DNA of 64,000 nucleotides from a virus. Lineage: Duplodnaviria > Caudoviricetes. Positions 37,201-45,948 of this stretch are shown piece by piece; position 1 is the first letter of the stretch, and each line of letters opens with the position of its first letter. The stretch spans positions 1 through 64,000 of the IMG/VR virus record IMGVR_UViG_2636416120_000006. The stretch is one strand, 5' to 3'. A program made the translations under genes and the position numbers. The notes below the pieces were generated by a model. It had not been told where the DNA came from. It saw only the letters and a list, made by a program, of their open reading frames with translations, and did no database searches.

Positions 37201-40032
37201 GGGATTGTCGACCTGGAGCTGCCTTTGCTGGGCGCGATTGAGTTTGTCGAGTTCGACCTGGAGCTCGCGAATTGCGAGAATGGTCTGCCCCTGGATCTCC
37301 TTGCGGAAATTCTCAAGACGCTCCTGCACCTTGTCGAAGGTGTCCGCCGTTCCGTCGATGGAAAGCCCCAGGTCTCCGAACCGGTCGTTCAGCCGGGAGA
37401 CCATGTTGCCGAGAGCGTCCTTGTCACCGCGGAGGGTTTTCTCCTGGCGGGACATCCGCTCGAGCTCTTCGTTGACGTTCTGGAGCGCTTTCTGATTGTC
37501 GTCGTACTTGGCCTTCGCCGACGCCAGGGAGGCTTGAATATGGTCGACCGCTTCCGCGGCCTCTTCACCCGCCGACTTCATGCTGCCTAGCCACGTCACC
37601 AGGCCCATCACACCGATGACGGCAAGCGCGATCCATCCGGTCGGGCCGATGACAGCCGCCATCGTGGTGCCCAAGGTGGTGATGCCCGCGCGGAACGCTC
37701 CGAGCGCGGCGAGGGCGTTCGTGAAGTATGCGCCCACGCCGGCGACGGCGGCTCCGACACCCAGCAGACGGGCAAGGAGCGTGACGCCAAGCGCGGTCGT
37801 CAAACCAGCAGCGGCCACCCCAATGTAACCGAGCACAGGCCCGAGCCCGGTGAGAGATCCCGCCAACTCGTTGAAACCGGCCAGTGCCTTCTGAAGGATC
37901 GACACGACGGGCGCGAAAGCCTCGGACGCCAACGCCGTGAAAACGGATGCCGTGTTCCGGGCGGTATTGGATAGGGCCTCCATCTGCTTCTGGTTCGCGT
38001 CGACAGCGGCGTTGGTTCCCACGATGCTGGCGAGAAGATCGTTGTAGATGTCCTTCTGGCCCTGGAGGGCCACGAAGGCAGCCGCGGCCCGGGTTTCCAT
38101 GGACCGGAATGCCTCCGACACGCCGAAGCCCTTCTCGGTCAGCGTCTGAATGACAGGGTTGAGGCCACGGGTCTGGATGTCAATGTCGGCGAAGGTCAGG
38201 CCGAGCTTCTTCATCTCCGCCTGGAGCTTCTGGGTCGGGTTCATCAGATCGATGAACAGGGCTCGAAGACCGGTACCAATGGTCGAGCCCGACCGAATGC
38301 CGGCATTCGCCAGCGAACCGACGTCGGCGACGAGCTCCTCGATCGGGATGTTGGCCTGAGCCGCCGTGTTGGCGACATATTGGATTGCCAGGCTGAGCTG
38401 CTCCGAGTTGAGCTTCGTCTGGTTGAGGGCCGCGGTGAACAGGTTGGCGAGGTTGAGGCTCTCACTTGCCCGCATGTTGAAGACGGACAGGGTCGACGTC
38501 ATCAGATCGGCGGAATCCTTGAACGCCGTCCCGGTTGCAGAGGCGAACAGCGCCACACCGCCGAGGGACTCCTTGATCTCCTCAACGGACTGACCCGCCT
38601 GGGCGAGGATCTTCGCCCCCTCAGCCGTCTCAGTGGAGAGGAACTTGGTCTTCGTCGAGACGTCGAGAATAACGGCACCCAGCAGCCCCATCTGCTCGTC
38701 GTTCGAGCCGGTGATCGCAGCCAGGTCGTGCATTGCCTCATCAAGGCTCACGACCGAACCAGAGAGCGCCGACACACCCTGCTGAGCCTTGCTCAGGATG
38801 GCGTAGTTGAGCATCAGACCGCCCTGGAACCGGAAGAAGTCCGAAGCACCGCTTCCGAACACCATGTCGTTTCGGTAGGCGCTGGCCGTCTGGTTCCGCT
38901 CGGTGATCTTGGCTGGATCCCGCACGTCCCTGAGATTGAGCTTCTGGCGCTGATCGGTGAGCTGGTTAAGGACCCGGAGCTGTTCCCGCATTTCTGCGGT
39001 GGTCATCTGCTCGTTCTTCAGGCGATCGCGGACCTGACGGATCTGCAGATCGAGCTTCTGGCTGTCGTCAGGCGCGGCCGAGATCGCCTGACCGAACCAG
39101 TCCTGACGCTTGTCGAAGGAGCTCGGCCCCGTGCCGCGCATCTGCCGGCGAGACTGGTTGTTGAGGTAGTTCTCGACGTTCCGGATCGTCGCTTCGGTGC
39201 GGCCATAGTAGAGGCCGGCGGCCTCGGCGACCTGCTTGAACTGGGAGATCTGGTCCTGCGCTGACTTCCGAGTGGCCTCGTCCAGGAGGTTCATCTGGGA
39301 GATCTGCGAGCGGAACGCCGAGATGTCACCGGTCAGTGCTGAACGTTGCAGGCCCACCTGGCTATTCGCCGCGGAGACGTTGCCGCGGGAAGACAGCAGG
39401 TTTCGACGTGCGGTGTCGTCCTGCTTCCGGAACTGGGTCTGGAGGTTGACCAGTTGGCGGAGTTCGTCCTGATACCGGTCCAGGGTGGCCTGGCGCGACT
39501 TCGTCGCTCCCTTGGTCTCGATGTCACCCTTCTGCCTGATGATCTTCAGGATCTGGGCCTGGATAGCGAGCTCGGCCTGGCTGGCGTCGGTGACCGCCTT
39601 CAAGTCGGTTTTGCGACGGGCAGCGGTCACCGCTTCGGCAGAGGCACTCGCCTTCTGGAAGTCCCGGATCTGCTTCTGGACTTGTTCGATCTCGCGGGCA
39701 GCGAGGCCGGTACCGGTGAAGGCCTGGTCGATGCCCTGCCCCTGCAGCCGGGCCCGGTTCACCGTGGCGTTCGGGCTTCCGCTGCTCAAAGTCCGCGTGA
39801 CGACGGACAGTTCGCGGAGAAGCTCCACCCGCTCCTTCAGGATTTGGTTGAACCGAGGGTTCTGGCTGGTGATCCCGTCCGCGTTGGTGGACCGACGCAT
39901 CTGGCCGGTGAAGGCCTGAGTGACGTCCTCGATCTTCGCCGCCAGAAGCTCGAACGATTTCGCGAGCTTATCGACCTGAGCTGTCGAGTTCCCGGTGGTG
40001 ACGTCAATGTTGTAGACGGTATCGTCGGCCAT
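34270..40032 (-). CDS. tape measure protein
   Basis: 1920 aa, helical, TP901-like core (LANAGIRSGSTIGTGLR), hydrophobic segments, DGEFIL motif. Confidence 0.95.
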   Translation of the reverse strand: MADDTVYNIDVTTGNSTAQVDKLAKSFELLAAKIEDVTQAFTGQMRRSTNADGITSQNPRFNQILKERVELLRELSVVTRTLSSGSPNATVNRARLQGQGIDQAFTGTGLAAREIEQVQKQIRDFQKASASAEAVTAARRKTDLKAVTDASQAELAIQAQILKIIRQKGDIETKGATKSRQATLDRYQDELRQLVNLQTQFRKQDDTARRNLLSSRGNVSAANSQVGLQRSALTGDISAFRSQISQMNLLDEATRKSAQDQISQFKQVAEAAGLYYGRTEATIRNVENYLNNQSRRQMRGTGPSSFDKRQDWFGQAISAAPDDSQKLDLQIRQVRDRLKNEQMTTAEMREQLRVLNQLTDQRQKLNLRDVRDPAKITERNQTASAYRNDMVFGSGASDFFRFQGGLMLNYAILSKAQQGVSALSGSVVSLDEAMHDLAAITGSNDEQMGLLGAVILDVSTKTKFLSTETAEGAKILAQAGQSVEEIKESLGGVALFASATGTAFKDSADLMTSTLSVFNMRASESLNLANLFTAALNQTKLNSEQLSLAIQYVANTAAQANIPIEELVADVGSLANAGIRSGSTIGTGLRALFIDLMNPTQKLQAEMKKLGLTFADIDIQTRGLNPVIQTLTEKGFGVSEAFRSMETRAAAAFVALQGQKDIYNDLLASIVGTNAAVDANQKQMEALSNTARNTASVFTALASEAFAPVVSILQKALAGFNELAGSLTGLGPVLGYIGVAAAGLTTALGVTLLARLLGVGAAVAGVGAYFTNALAALGAFRAGITTLGTTMAAVIGPTGWIALAVIGVMGLVTWLGSMKSAGEEAAEAVDHIQASLASAKAKYDDNQKALQNVNEELERMSRQEKTLRGDKDALGNMVSRLNDRFGDLGLSIDGTADTFDKVQERLENFRKEIQGQTILAIRELQVELDKLNRAQQRQLQVDNPLLQGLRQGFSPRGFLGFGSNPFTGLDKEQQYLYSTGGRDAVITRQIEGLAGIGLPASVVQALRDSQRFREGLGSGDLQAMRNTTLQARSSLVDMLNNPEGLQKMADDLGMSVEDLTGAFENLLASMKAQSDKIAENLKTQKAQEDQKANERIERMSQNPYNPAFWLGRTAVGLNSAFRGVQSAAPMDSIDKNRYLQQNGNLLSLGMQGVSGLAGMLGPEFKEAVNRAANGALVEMETNISKAMEESAVASLEEWKTFLPEALKAAEGMVKMSQGGVQKALGTGGFQEALSAYRDSLQITLGTMTKEFVAKELGNDPTNVGFDLGKFAPTDVGPLSDQQAKQLAVFLSGQATDFMVQSAAAIAEQLKDKAGDATSPEEILELNKQASKAVNDLLLPLVEALKTLRDGATDPSIKQQIDSQLVGLMAARDSMVQGYTTTTTEALQTFNDRVNEAGQKVFQDMTQAASGLPTQVMSKAEREKWASTFQGILDAKKNALLREYLAALMTLPGMVEQKGFIKMLTPEGEKAFDFMNSMLTAQNNDDLKSFLNPKTKKYGGGGGRDRTNEKLLKPWEQWNDRQAEIDREYDRSTRDIQNPSRILDIALGANDFMKSYSSVERKALEMLKSQQEAAELPKVLQAEQARRDRLQELLTDFNKVNDDRLVELKKVYDDPKFDNAKRNSALSEYNKILSERRDIQDKLTESTNTLADAQEKYNVSVGQGTGSNMTLGQQLSAAVQQMAEEAGMLTSLTDQIGNEIPGTLDNVRGSFSTFLSDISANTKSVGAAFRDMASSIIQSLLKIASEKAATGILGSLLGLLGGGADGITNLGKGVSAMDFYTDPAGGGGGGFGGFLSSIGSWLGFNGGGMIRAAMGKHIKTRDAVPVWARDGEFILRNSAVSAIGADNLKAINAMGNSRISQSAPPVFQPANQNGGKVNVYVVAPDQKPSLGPNDIIATINDDILKGGSTKKLIKQINMGTI

Positions 40033-40039
40033 TCAAACT

Positions 40040-40402
40040 CTACCCTCCCAGCACTCGAGCAAGCGCCAATTGGGCTTCCTGAACGCTGTTGTACTGCGGC
40101 GCCTCGGTCTTCTTTTTCTTCCCTCCCAGTGCAGCAGACACCACGCTGGCGAAGGTCTCGTATTGCTGGACCACCTGTGCGGCATGGAAGCCGTAGGTGA
40201 TCTTGGTGAGCGTCCGCAGGTCTCGAAGAGAATGGCTCCAGTAGACTTCGGAGATGGAGCTCGGCTTACACTTCAAGACCCAGCAGACCGACTCCTCAAA
40301 ACTCAGGCCTGTGAACCAGTTTCGGAAGGCGACAAGCTCTTGAGTCTCGGCGCGATCGCCTCGGCTGTCGCCTTTGCCTTCTCGATCTGCCTGATAAAAA
40401 AA
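40040..40402 (-). CDS. tail assembly chaperone, frameshifted extension (gpT-like)
   Basis: -1 frame open from the TTTTTTT heptamer (40396-40402) to 40040. Confidence 0.65.
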   Translation of the reverse strand, partial: FFYQADREGKGDSRGDRAETQELVAFRNWFTGLSFEESVCWVLKCKPSSISEVYWSHSLRDLRTLTKITYGFHAAQVVQQYETFASVVSAALGGKKKKTEAPQYNSVQEAQLALARVLGG

Positions 40403-40683
40403 TCGAGGCAGTGATCCGACACCCAGTCGAGAATGGCGATGCCGTCGTCGATCGACATGTCGTAGTTGTCCAGGTCGAAGTTTTCGTCCTCGACCAGACC
40501 GCTCTTACCCCGCTTGACGAGGACCTCCTTGAGGATCACGTCACGAACCACCGGATCCATCTCGGCCGAGGAGACCCCGTTGATCTCACCGACGATCGCC
40601 ACAAGTCGATTGAGAAGAGCGAAGGACATGAACAGCTCGTGTGGCTGTCCATTGATCGTAACGAGGAGCTTATCGCTTGGCAT
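40303..40683 (-). CDS. tail assembly chaperone (gpG-like)
   Basis: between the major tail and tape measure genes; contains a slippery site. Confidence 0.75.
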   Translation of the reverse strand: MPSDKLLVTINGQPHELFMSFALLNRLVAIVGEINGVSSAEMDPVVRDVILKEVLVKRGKSGLVEDENFDLDNYDMSIDDGIAILDWVSDHCLDFFIRQIEKAKATAEAIAPRLKSLSPSETGSQA

Positions 40684-40701
40684 TGATTGGGAACCCCAAT
40701 G

Positions 40702-40731
40702 AAAAACTCCCGGAGTATTACCCCGGGAGTT
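40702..40731 (-). terminator. terminator after the major tail gene
   Basis: AACTCCCGG...CCGGGAGTT stem with a T run on the minus strand. Confidence 0.7.
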
Positions 40732-40748
40732 ATCTAATACAAGGGTTA

Positions 40749-41525
40749 TTACGCCCTCGAGAACAGCTTCGCCTGGGCGTTCTGGAATTCGGAGTAGTTC
40801 GGATCCGTCGACACCAGATTGTACAGCGTGAACTCGATCGGCATGTTGCCGAAATCGGAGCTCGTGAAGGCCAGGCTGAAGCCCGCGGTCACGCGGATCT
40901 TCGGCAGCAGGAGGGTGATCTCCTTGCCGTTCGCGATCGTGCCGACGACCTTGGCCGATAGGTACGGCTGATCGGCCAGCGAACCGATATCGACCACGTT
41001 CACCTTCGACACGCGGGCGCCGACGGCGATGTTCTGCTTGATCCCCGGCGAAACGGTCAGCACGTTCGAAGCGACGGACGACACCTTGCGGATCGTGACC
41101 TGGTCGTCGTTGCCGACCTGGATCATGATGTAGCTGCCGGCGGTGATGCCGGTAGCCGACGTCACGGTGACCTCGTCTTCCGGAGCCACGTCGGTGCCGG
41201 CGATGACGGCCGAGGTCGTGGTCTCGGTCGTGATCGGAGCCAGCGTGGACCCCTCCAGCCCCAGCGCGTAGGAGATGTTCTTCGAGGTGTATTCATAGGC
41301 CTCCATCGTTGCGCTGACGGTATTGCCGGTCATCACACTCGCGACGTTCTGGTTCTTCACGCCCTGGGTCAGGTTGGTGTAGGTCGGCTGGCTGGTGATC
41401 GTGAAGTTCTTCACCAGTCCAATCGAGTGGTCGGTCGCGTTCAGATCGAAGAGCGCATCCTGCGCGCCAATCATGACCGTCGCGGTTCCGAGCATAAAGT
41501 TGTCAGTACGGGCTTCACCGGCCAT
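40749..41525 (-). CDS. major tail tube protein
   Basis: position, strong codon bias, GGAG SD, own terminator. Confidence 0.8.
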   Translation of the reverse strand: MAGEARTDNFMLGTATVMIGAQDALFDLNATDHSIGLVKNFTITSQPTYTNLTQGVKNQNVASVMTGNTVSATMEAYEYTSKNISYALGLEGSTLAPITTETTTSAVIAGTDVAPEDEVTVTSATGITAGSYIMIQVGNDDQVTIRKVSSVASNVLTVSPGIKQNIAVGARVSKVNVVDIGSLADQPYLSAKVVGTIANGKEITLLLPKIRVTAGFSLAFTSSDFGNMPIEFTLYNLVSTDPNYSEFQNAQAKLFSRA

Positions 41526-41614
41526 TAATCGGCACTCCTAAAAGAGAAAGCACTTGCTGTTCTCTTTTAGTCGTGACATAACTTGGATTCTAAGAATCTA
41601 TGGGACTCTTACCA

Positions 41615-41812
41615 ATGGAACCGGTTCGTCAATTCACTCTTAGACTTCCTCAGTCTCTATTTGATCAGGTGAAGGATAGAGCAACCGTGAATCGAAGGGA
41701 CGTGAATAAGGAAATTACCTACATCGTTGAGAGCTACATTGACGAGCAAGCTCGGAAGGACATCGAGCTCATGCGCCAAATGCACGATCGGTTCCAAGCG
41801 AAAGTCCAATAA
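41615..41812 (+). CDS. Arc-family ribbon-helix-helix regulator
   Basis: QFTLRLPQSLFDQVKDRATVNRRDVNKEI matches the Arc/Mnt pattern; alternative start 41600. Confidence 0.8.
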   Translation: MEPVRQFTLRLPQSLFDQVKDRATVNRRDVNKEITYIVESYIDEQARKDIELMRQMHDRFQAKVQ

Positions 41813-42206
41813 ACTTCACCGGACGGGTCTCCGTCCGGGCGACCGGAAGAACAACCACGGGGCTCTTCACCTTCATCATTCCCATTGGGGCTCCGTTGCC
41901 GGCGTCCAGGAACGGAAACATTTTGTCCGGCTGCAGCTTGGTGAAGAGGCGACTGATCAGCTTGTCGAGACGAACGATGTTCGTGTCGTTGAGTGTGCTG
42001 ATCCCAATCAGGGTCTCGATCTCCAGGATGCCGACGTTGACTTCGACCTGAAACTCGGCAGGCCCGATTACGTCGTTATTGGGCCAGCTGTTGGTCTCGG
42101 CGTGGGCATCGAATTTGAATACGGCCATGCCGCCGCCGGTTTCGGTAGCGAAATTCTTACAAATATTGAGCACGGACGCCTGTGCGCTTTCATACAGGTC
42201 GGTCAT
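41769..42206 (-). CDS. putative tail terminator/completion protein
   Basis: synteny, 145 aa. Confidence 0.55.
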   Translation of the reverse strand: MTDLYESAQASVLNICKNFATETGGGMAVFKFDAHAETNSWPNNDVIGPAEFQVEVNVGILEIETLIGISTLNDTNIVRLDKLISRLFTKLQPDKMFPFLDAGNGAPMGMMKVKSPVVVLPVARTETRPVKFIGLSLGTDRAFGA

Positions 42207-42808
42207 TGCAGCACCTCATCGATGATTTTCTTCAGCCGCACCCTCGTCCACCAGCGCATGTAGGGCCCGAGAATGCTGCGGTTCCGCTGACCTCTCCAAT
42301 TGGTCAGGCGGTAGGCAGCGAGCCTCGAGGGCAGCGTCCCCTCCGGATCGTTGTCGGCAATCCGCTGGAGCCCGGTAAGGCGGAGCGTGACGCGATAACC
42401 CTGTCGGAGTTCCTTGGTCCCGTTGTCGAGCGTGAATGGAGCCCGTGTGCCTTGGAAGTTGGTCTGGACGGCGACGGTGCCGAGGAAGGTCGTCGCGTTC
42501 ATATGATCGAGGGCCTGCTTCAGCTTGCCCTCATACCGATAGAAGCCCGGATTGCGTCGCTTCTGCTTTCGGCGGAGGTATCGTTCCGTCAGGGGACGCC
42601 AACGAGGCACCGGCACGCCATCCAGCGACGGCTGCCCGCTCGAACCGATGATCTTCGACGACAAAACCCGGAAGAAGTCCTTGTTGGCCTTCTCCACGGC
42701 GATCGCCGCCTGCAGCCCGATTAGGGTCGCCATGTCACGGGTGTGCTCGAGCACCCGGCTGAACACGTTGCCGAAATTGCCTCGCTGAGTGAGCTTGGCG
42801 CGGATCAC
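42203..42808 (-). CDS. putative neck/tail completion protein
   Basis: WRPLTERYLRRK motif; GTG start overlapping the upstream stop. Confidence 0.6.
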   Translation of the reverse strand: MIRAKLTQRGNFGNVFSRVLEHTRDMATLIGLQAAIAVEKANKDFFRVLSSKIIGSSGQPSLDGVPVPRWRPLTERYLRRKQKRRNPGFYRYEGKLKQALDHMNATTFLGTVAVQTNFQGTRAPFTLDNGTKELRQGYRVTLRLTGLQRIADNDPEGTLPSRLAAYRLTNWRGQRNRSILGPYMRWWTRVRLKKIIDEVLQ

Positions 42809-43308
42809 TTCACGAGCGCCTGGCAGACACCGTAGGCGAAGAAGACCTCGACCACGGTGTAGTCCCCCAACTTGTCGTTGACCTGGAGAGTCACCGGTGT
42901 GGTCACCGTATACCGACGCTCGTCGATATGAGTGATGTCGGTGATCAGATCCTGCTTCTCGATGTGAACCCAAACATCACCGAGAGCGACCGGAACGGTG
43001 TCGGTCTCGAGCCCGGTCACCGGATCCACGATCTTCTGCATGCGGCTCCAGGCCAGCTTGCGGTCGACCTCGACCAGCTCGAACAGCCGGTAGATTGTGG
43101 TGGCGAGATCACTCTCCCCTCTCGACAGGACCAGGTAATGGCGGCCGACCTCGGTGCCGAACACGTTCCCCGCGGCGACCATTGAGGCCGGATCGACCTT
43201 GAGGAAGACCTTGTCCGGCGCCGGGCTGGTGAGCTCGCCGAGGAACCGCAGCCCGTCGTCTCGAACGAAGGTGCTGCGGTAGCGCTTCATCACGTTCTTC
43301 AGGCGCAT
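42805..43308 (-). CDS. putative head closure protein
   Basis: synteny. Confidence 0.55.
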   Translation of the reverse strand: MRLKNVMKRYRSTFVRDDGLRFLGELTSPAPDKVFLKVDPASMVAAGNVFGTEVGRHYLVLSRGESDLATTIYRLFELVEVDRKLAWSRMQKIVDPVTGLETDTVPVALGDVWVHIEKQDLITDITHIDERRYTVTTPVTLQVNDKLGDYTVVEVFFAYGVCQALVK

Positions 43309-43310
43309 GG

Positions 43311-43997
43311 TTACACCCCTGTGAACACGTCGGCCGGGGTCGAGAGCAGGAAGTAGGAGCGGTCGCCGGTGCTGTCACCGGGCACCAGGTCGTCGATGAT
43401 ATCGTTGTAGGCGGAGGTGGCGGTGTCGATCAGCGCCCGGAAGTCGATGTCGGCGAAGCGCTGGAAGCTGGATTGGTCCGACTTCTCGATCTGGTTCACC
43501 CGCAGCTTCAGGGCCTCGGCGCTGAAGCTCATGATCGACCGGTACAGGACAGCGTTATTGGCCTGCAGCAGGATGTGAGCGTCGGCGCTGGCCAGCGCCG
43601 TGCGGATCTCTTCCGGAACAGCGTAGTACGCGCCGAGGAGATCGATGTCCCCATCGGCCAGCTCGTCGGCGGAGAAGCCGAGGAAAGCACGAACCTCGTC
43701 GGGCCCGACCAACAGCGGAGGCTCGTCGACGAGGAGGTAGGTCTGCCTCTGGCTGTAGCCGAAGCCGGCATAGGTGAAGGAGACAGTTATCGTCCGCTTC
43801 TCGACCGCATCGGTCTTGGCGTTCTCGGACGCCGGCACGGTGACGGTGACGAAGGTGGTCGTGGCATCCGTGCCGATCGGCGTGGAGGTTCCGTTTAGGC
43901 TCCAGACCACCGACCCGATCTCGGGCACGACGAATTCCCCGCCGACCATCAGGTCGAACCGCAGCGTGACGTTCTGGTCAGCGGGGAAGCGCTTCAT
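43311..43997 (-). CDS. putative head-tail adaptor
   Basis: EVRAFLG...EL.D motif, synteny. Confidence 0.6.
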   Translation of the reverse strand: MKRFPADQNVTLRFDLMVGGEFVVPEIGSVVWSLNGTSTPIGTDATTTFVTVTVPASENAKTDAVEKRTITVSFTYAGFGYSQRQTYLLVDEPPLLVGPDEVRAFLGFSADELADGDIDLLGAYYAVPEEIRTALASADAHILLQANNAVLYRSIMSFSAEALKLRVNQIEKSDQSSFQRFADIDFRALIDTATSAYNDIIDDLVPGDSTGDRSYFLLSTPADVFTGV

Positions 43998-44296
43998 TTG
44001 GAACGGCCTCGAGCCTTGGGTGCAGGAGCGGGCGTCGGCGCCGGTGCTTCGGCCTCAGGCGCAAACGATGCCACGTAGGCCTCGATCGCAATCTCCGGAG
44101 CCTCCTCCCAGTACTTGGCGAAGTCGGCGTCGTTGGCCGCTTCGGGGAGGTCGGTTCTGAGGATCTCGACCTGTTGGGTTGCACAACGGTCGTTGATGAA
44201 ACGGGTGTTGCGAACGACCGAAGGGCGCCGGCGCTGAATGATCTGACCAGCCGGGTCGTAGAGCGTGAACGGGCCGGTGGTTTTCACAATGAGCAT
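43994..44296 (-). CDS. hypothetical virion-module protein
   Basis: 100 aa after the capsid gene, coupled to the next gene. Confidence 0.6.
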   Translation of the reverse strand: MLIVKTTGPFTLYDPAGQIIQRRRPSVVRNTRFINDRCATQQVEILRTDLPEAANDADFAKYWEEAPEIAIEAYVASFAPEAEAPAPTPAPAPKARGRSK

Positions 44297-44332
44297 GAGC
44301 AGTTCGGGGGGCCGGAGCCCCCCGTCCCTTCG

Positions 44333-45526
44333 TTAGGCGCTGTAGTCGAAGACCTCGCGGGTTCCCGGGAAGACGATCCGGTAGCCCGAGTTCTGGGTCC
44401 GGTAGACGTCGACCGTCTGGTTCTGCACCGAGCGCTCCGACTCCTGGATCAGCGAGCCGCTCTCGATCAGCTCCTCCAGGGTATCGCCGCGGCTGAAGCC
44501 GACCAGCTTGTTGGCGGGCGCCGTGGTGGAGAGCACGAAGTCCACCGTGCCGGTCAGCATCGGCACGCCCTGCATCCGGAAGCCGGTGGCGGCCAGGTTC
44601 TCGGCATCCGTGCGGGTGTTGTTGCTGGTCGGTACCGCGAACAGCATCAGCCACTGCAGGTAGGAGTCGTAGTTGCCGACCACGGTGTCGATCGGGTAAC
44701 CTGTCTTGGCCCGTGCCACCAGCCACGCCAGCAGGTGCTTGTAGCTCAGCAGGCCGTTGGTGGCATTGCCGATCAGGGTGCTGTTGAACGAGGACTGGTC
44801 CACCTCGGTCGCAGCCGCGTTCAGGCCGTCGCCGTTCAGCAGGACGCTGGTGGCCCATTTGACCTTGCTGATATCCGCCTGGCGCAGGGCCCGGTTGATA
44901 TAGGGGGTCATGATGTCCAGCGACACCCGGCGATTGAACTCGTAGGTGGTCCGGAAGCCGACGCCGTGCTTGTAGAACTTCACGGTCTTCTCGGAGGCAC
45001 GGATCGACCACACCGGGATGCGGGCGCCTTCGGCGATCTCGCGGGTGATGTCATAGTCACCGGCGGCGTCATCGACCACGGTCGACAGCAGCTCGATACC
45101 CGAAATGGTCCGGGAGCCGGCCAGCATCGGAGCGACCTGCTCGAAGTTGGTCTGCTTGTACTTCCACTGGACCACATCGTCGATGACCTCCGGGAAGAGC
45201 GCACGCACTCCCGGGAAGGTCTGGAAGGTCTCCGCCGCGGCCTGCAGGAACACCCCCTGCTTCAGGTCGTCCTTGACCGGCAGGCCGAGGTGGGCCAGGG
45301 CGGCCTCATAGCCGCTCAGGCCGGAAGCCTTGATGCCTTCGTCGGCCGACAGCCGAGGGTCGATCTTGACCGTCAGGTAGTCGCGCAGGTTGAGGCCGAA
45401 ACTGGAGGCCTCCGCGACGAGCTTCAGCCCAGCTTCCTTGGAAGCGTGGGGGCTGTCCGAGCGCAGCGAGCCGAGGAACTCGACGCCTTCCCGCTTGATC
45501 TCGGTGAGGGAACGGATATGCGACAT
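44333..45526 (-). CDS. major capsid protein
   Basis: 397 aa, EIAEGARIP, KHG...TYE, LLNGDG; strong SD and codon bias. Confidence 0.85.
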   Translation of the reverse strand: MSHIRSLTEIKREGVEFLGSLRSDSPHASKEAGLKLVAEASSFGLNLRDYLTVKIDPRLSADEGIKASGLSGYEAALAHLGLPVKDDLKQGVFLQAAAETFQTFPGVRALFPEVIDDVVQWKYKQTNFEQVAPMLAGSRTISGIELLSTVVDDAAGDYDITREIAEGARIPVWSIRASEKTVKFYKHGVGFRTTYEFNRRVSLDIMTPYINRALRQADISKVKWATSVLLNGDGLNAAATEVDQSSFNSTLIGNATNGLLSYKHLLAWLVARAKTGYPIDTVVGNYDSYLQWLMLFAVPTSNNTRTDAENLAATGFRMQGVPMLTGTVDFVLSTTAPANKLVGFSRGDTLEELIESGSLIQESERSVQNQTVDVYRTQNSGYRIVFPGTREVFDYSA

Positions 45527-45540
45527 AGTTCAGGGGCTCC

Positions 45541-45936
45541 TTACTGCTTGAGCACGACGGCAAAGCCGGTGCCGACTTCGACGACGATGGGCATGGTGTC
45601 CGCCTCCGTGGTGGCCTTCTTGACCACGCCGGCGGTGGCGCTGCCGGTGATGCGATCGCCGATGGCGATGGCTCCGGTCGTCGGCAGCTTGTCGATGAAC
45701 TTCAGCGCGACGGTGCCGACCAGGCCACCGGAAGCGCTGCGGTTCTCGACCACCTCGAGGCGGCCCAGGACGAACTCATCCGCGACAGCCAGCTTGACCT
45801 GGTTGGGGGCCGACTCATCGAGCGAGACGGCCTTACCGATGTCGGCGGCGGTGATGCCCGCTGCCAGATTGAAGGTCAGGTTCCAGTCATTGAACTTGAA
45901 GCCGCGAAGGCTGACCCCAAAAGAAACCGACGCCAT
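45541..45936 (-). CDS. capsid decoration/cement protein
   Basis: small G/A/V-rich protein between scaffold and capsid genes. Confidence 0.7.
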   Translation of the reverse strand: MASVSFGVSLRGFKFNDWNLTFNLAAGITAADIGKAVSLDESAPNQVKLAVADEFVLGRLEVVENRSASGGLVGTVALKFIDKLPTTGAIAIGDRITGSATAGVVKKATTEADTMPIVVEVGTGFAVVLKQ

Positions 45937-45948
45937 GATTGATCCTCC

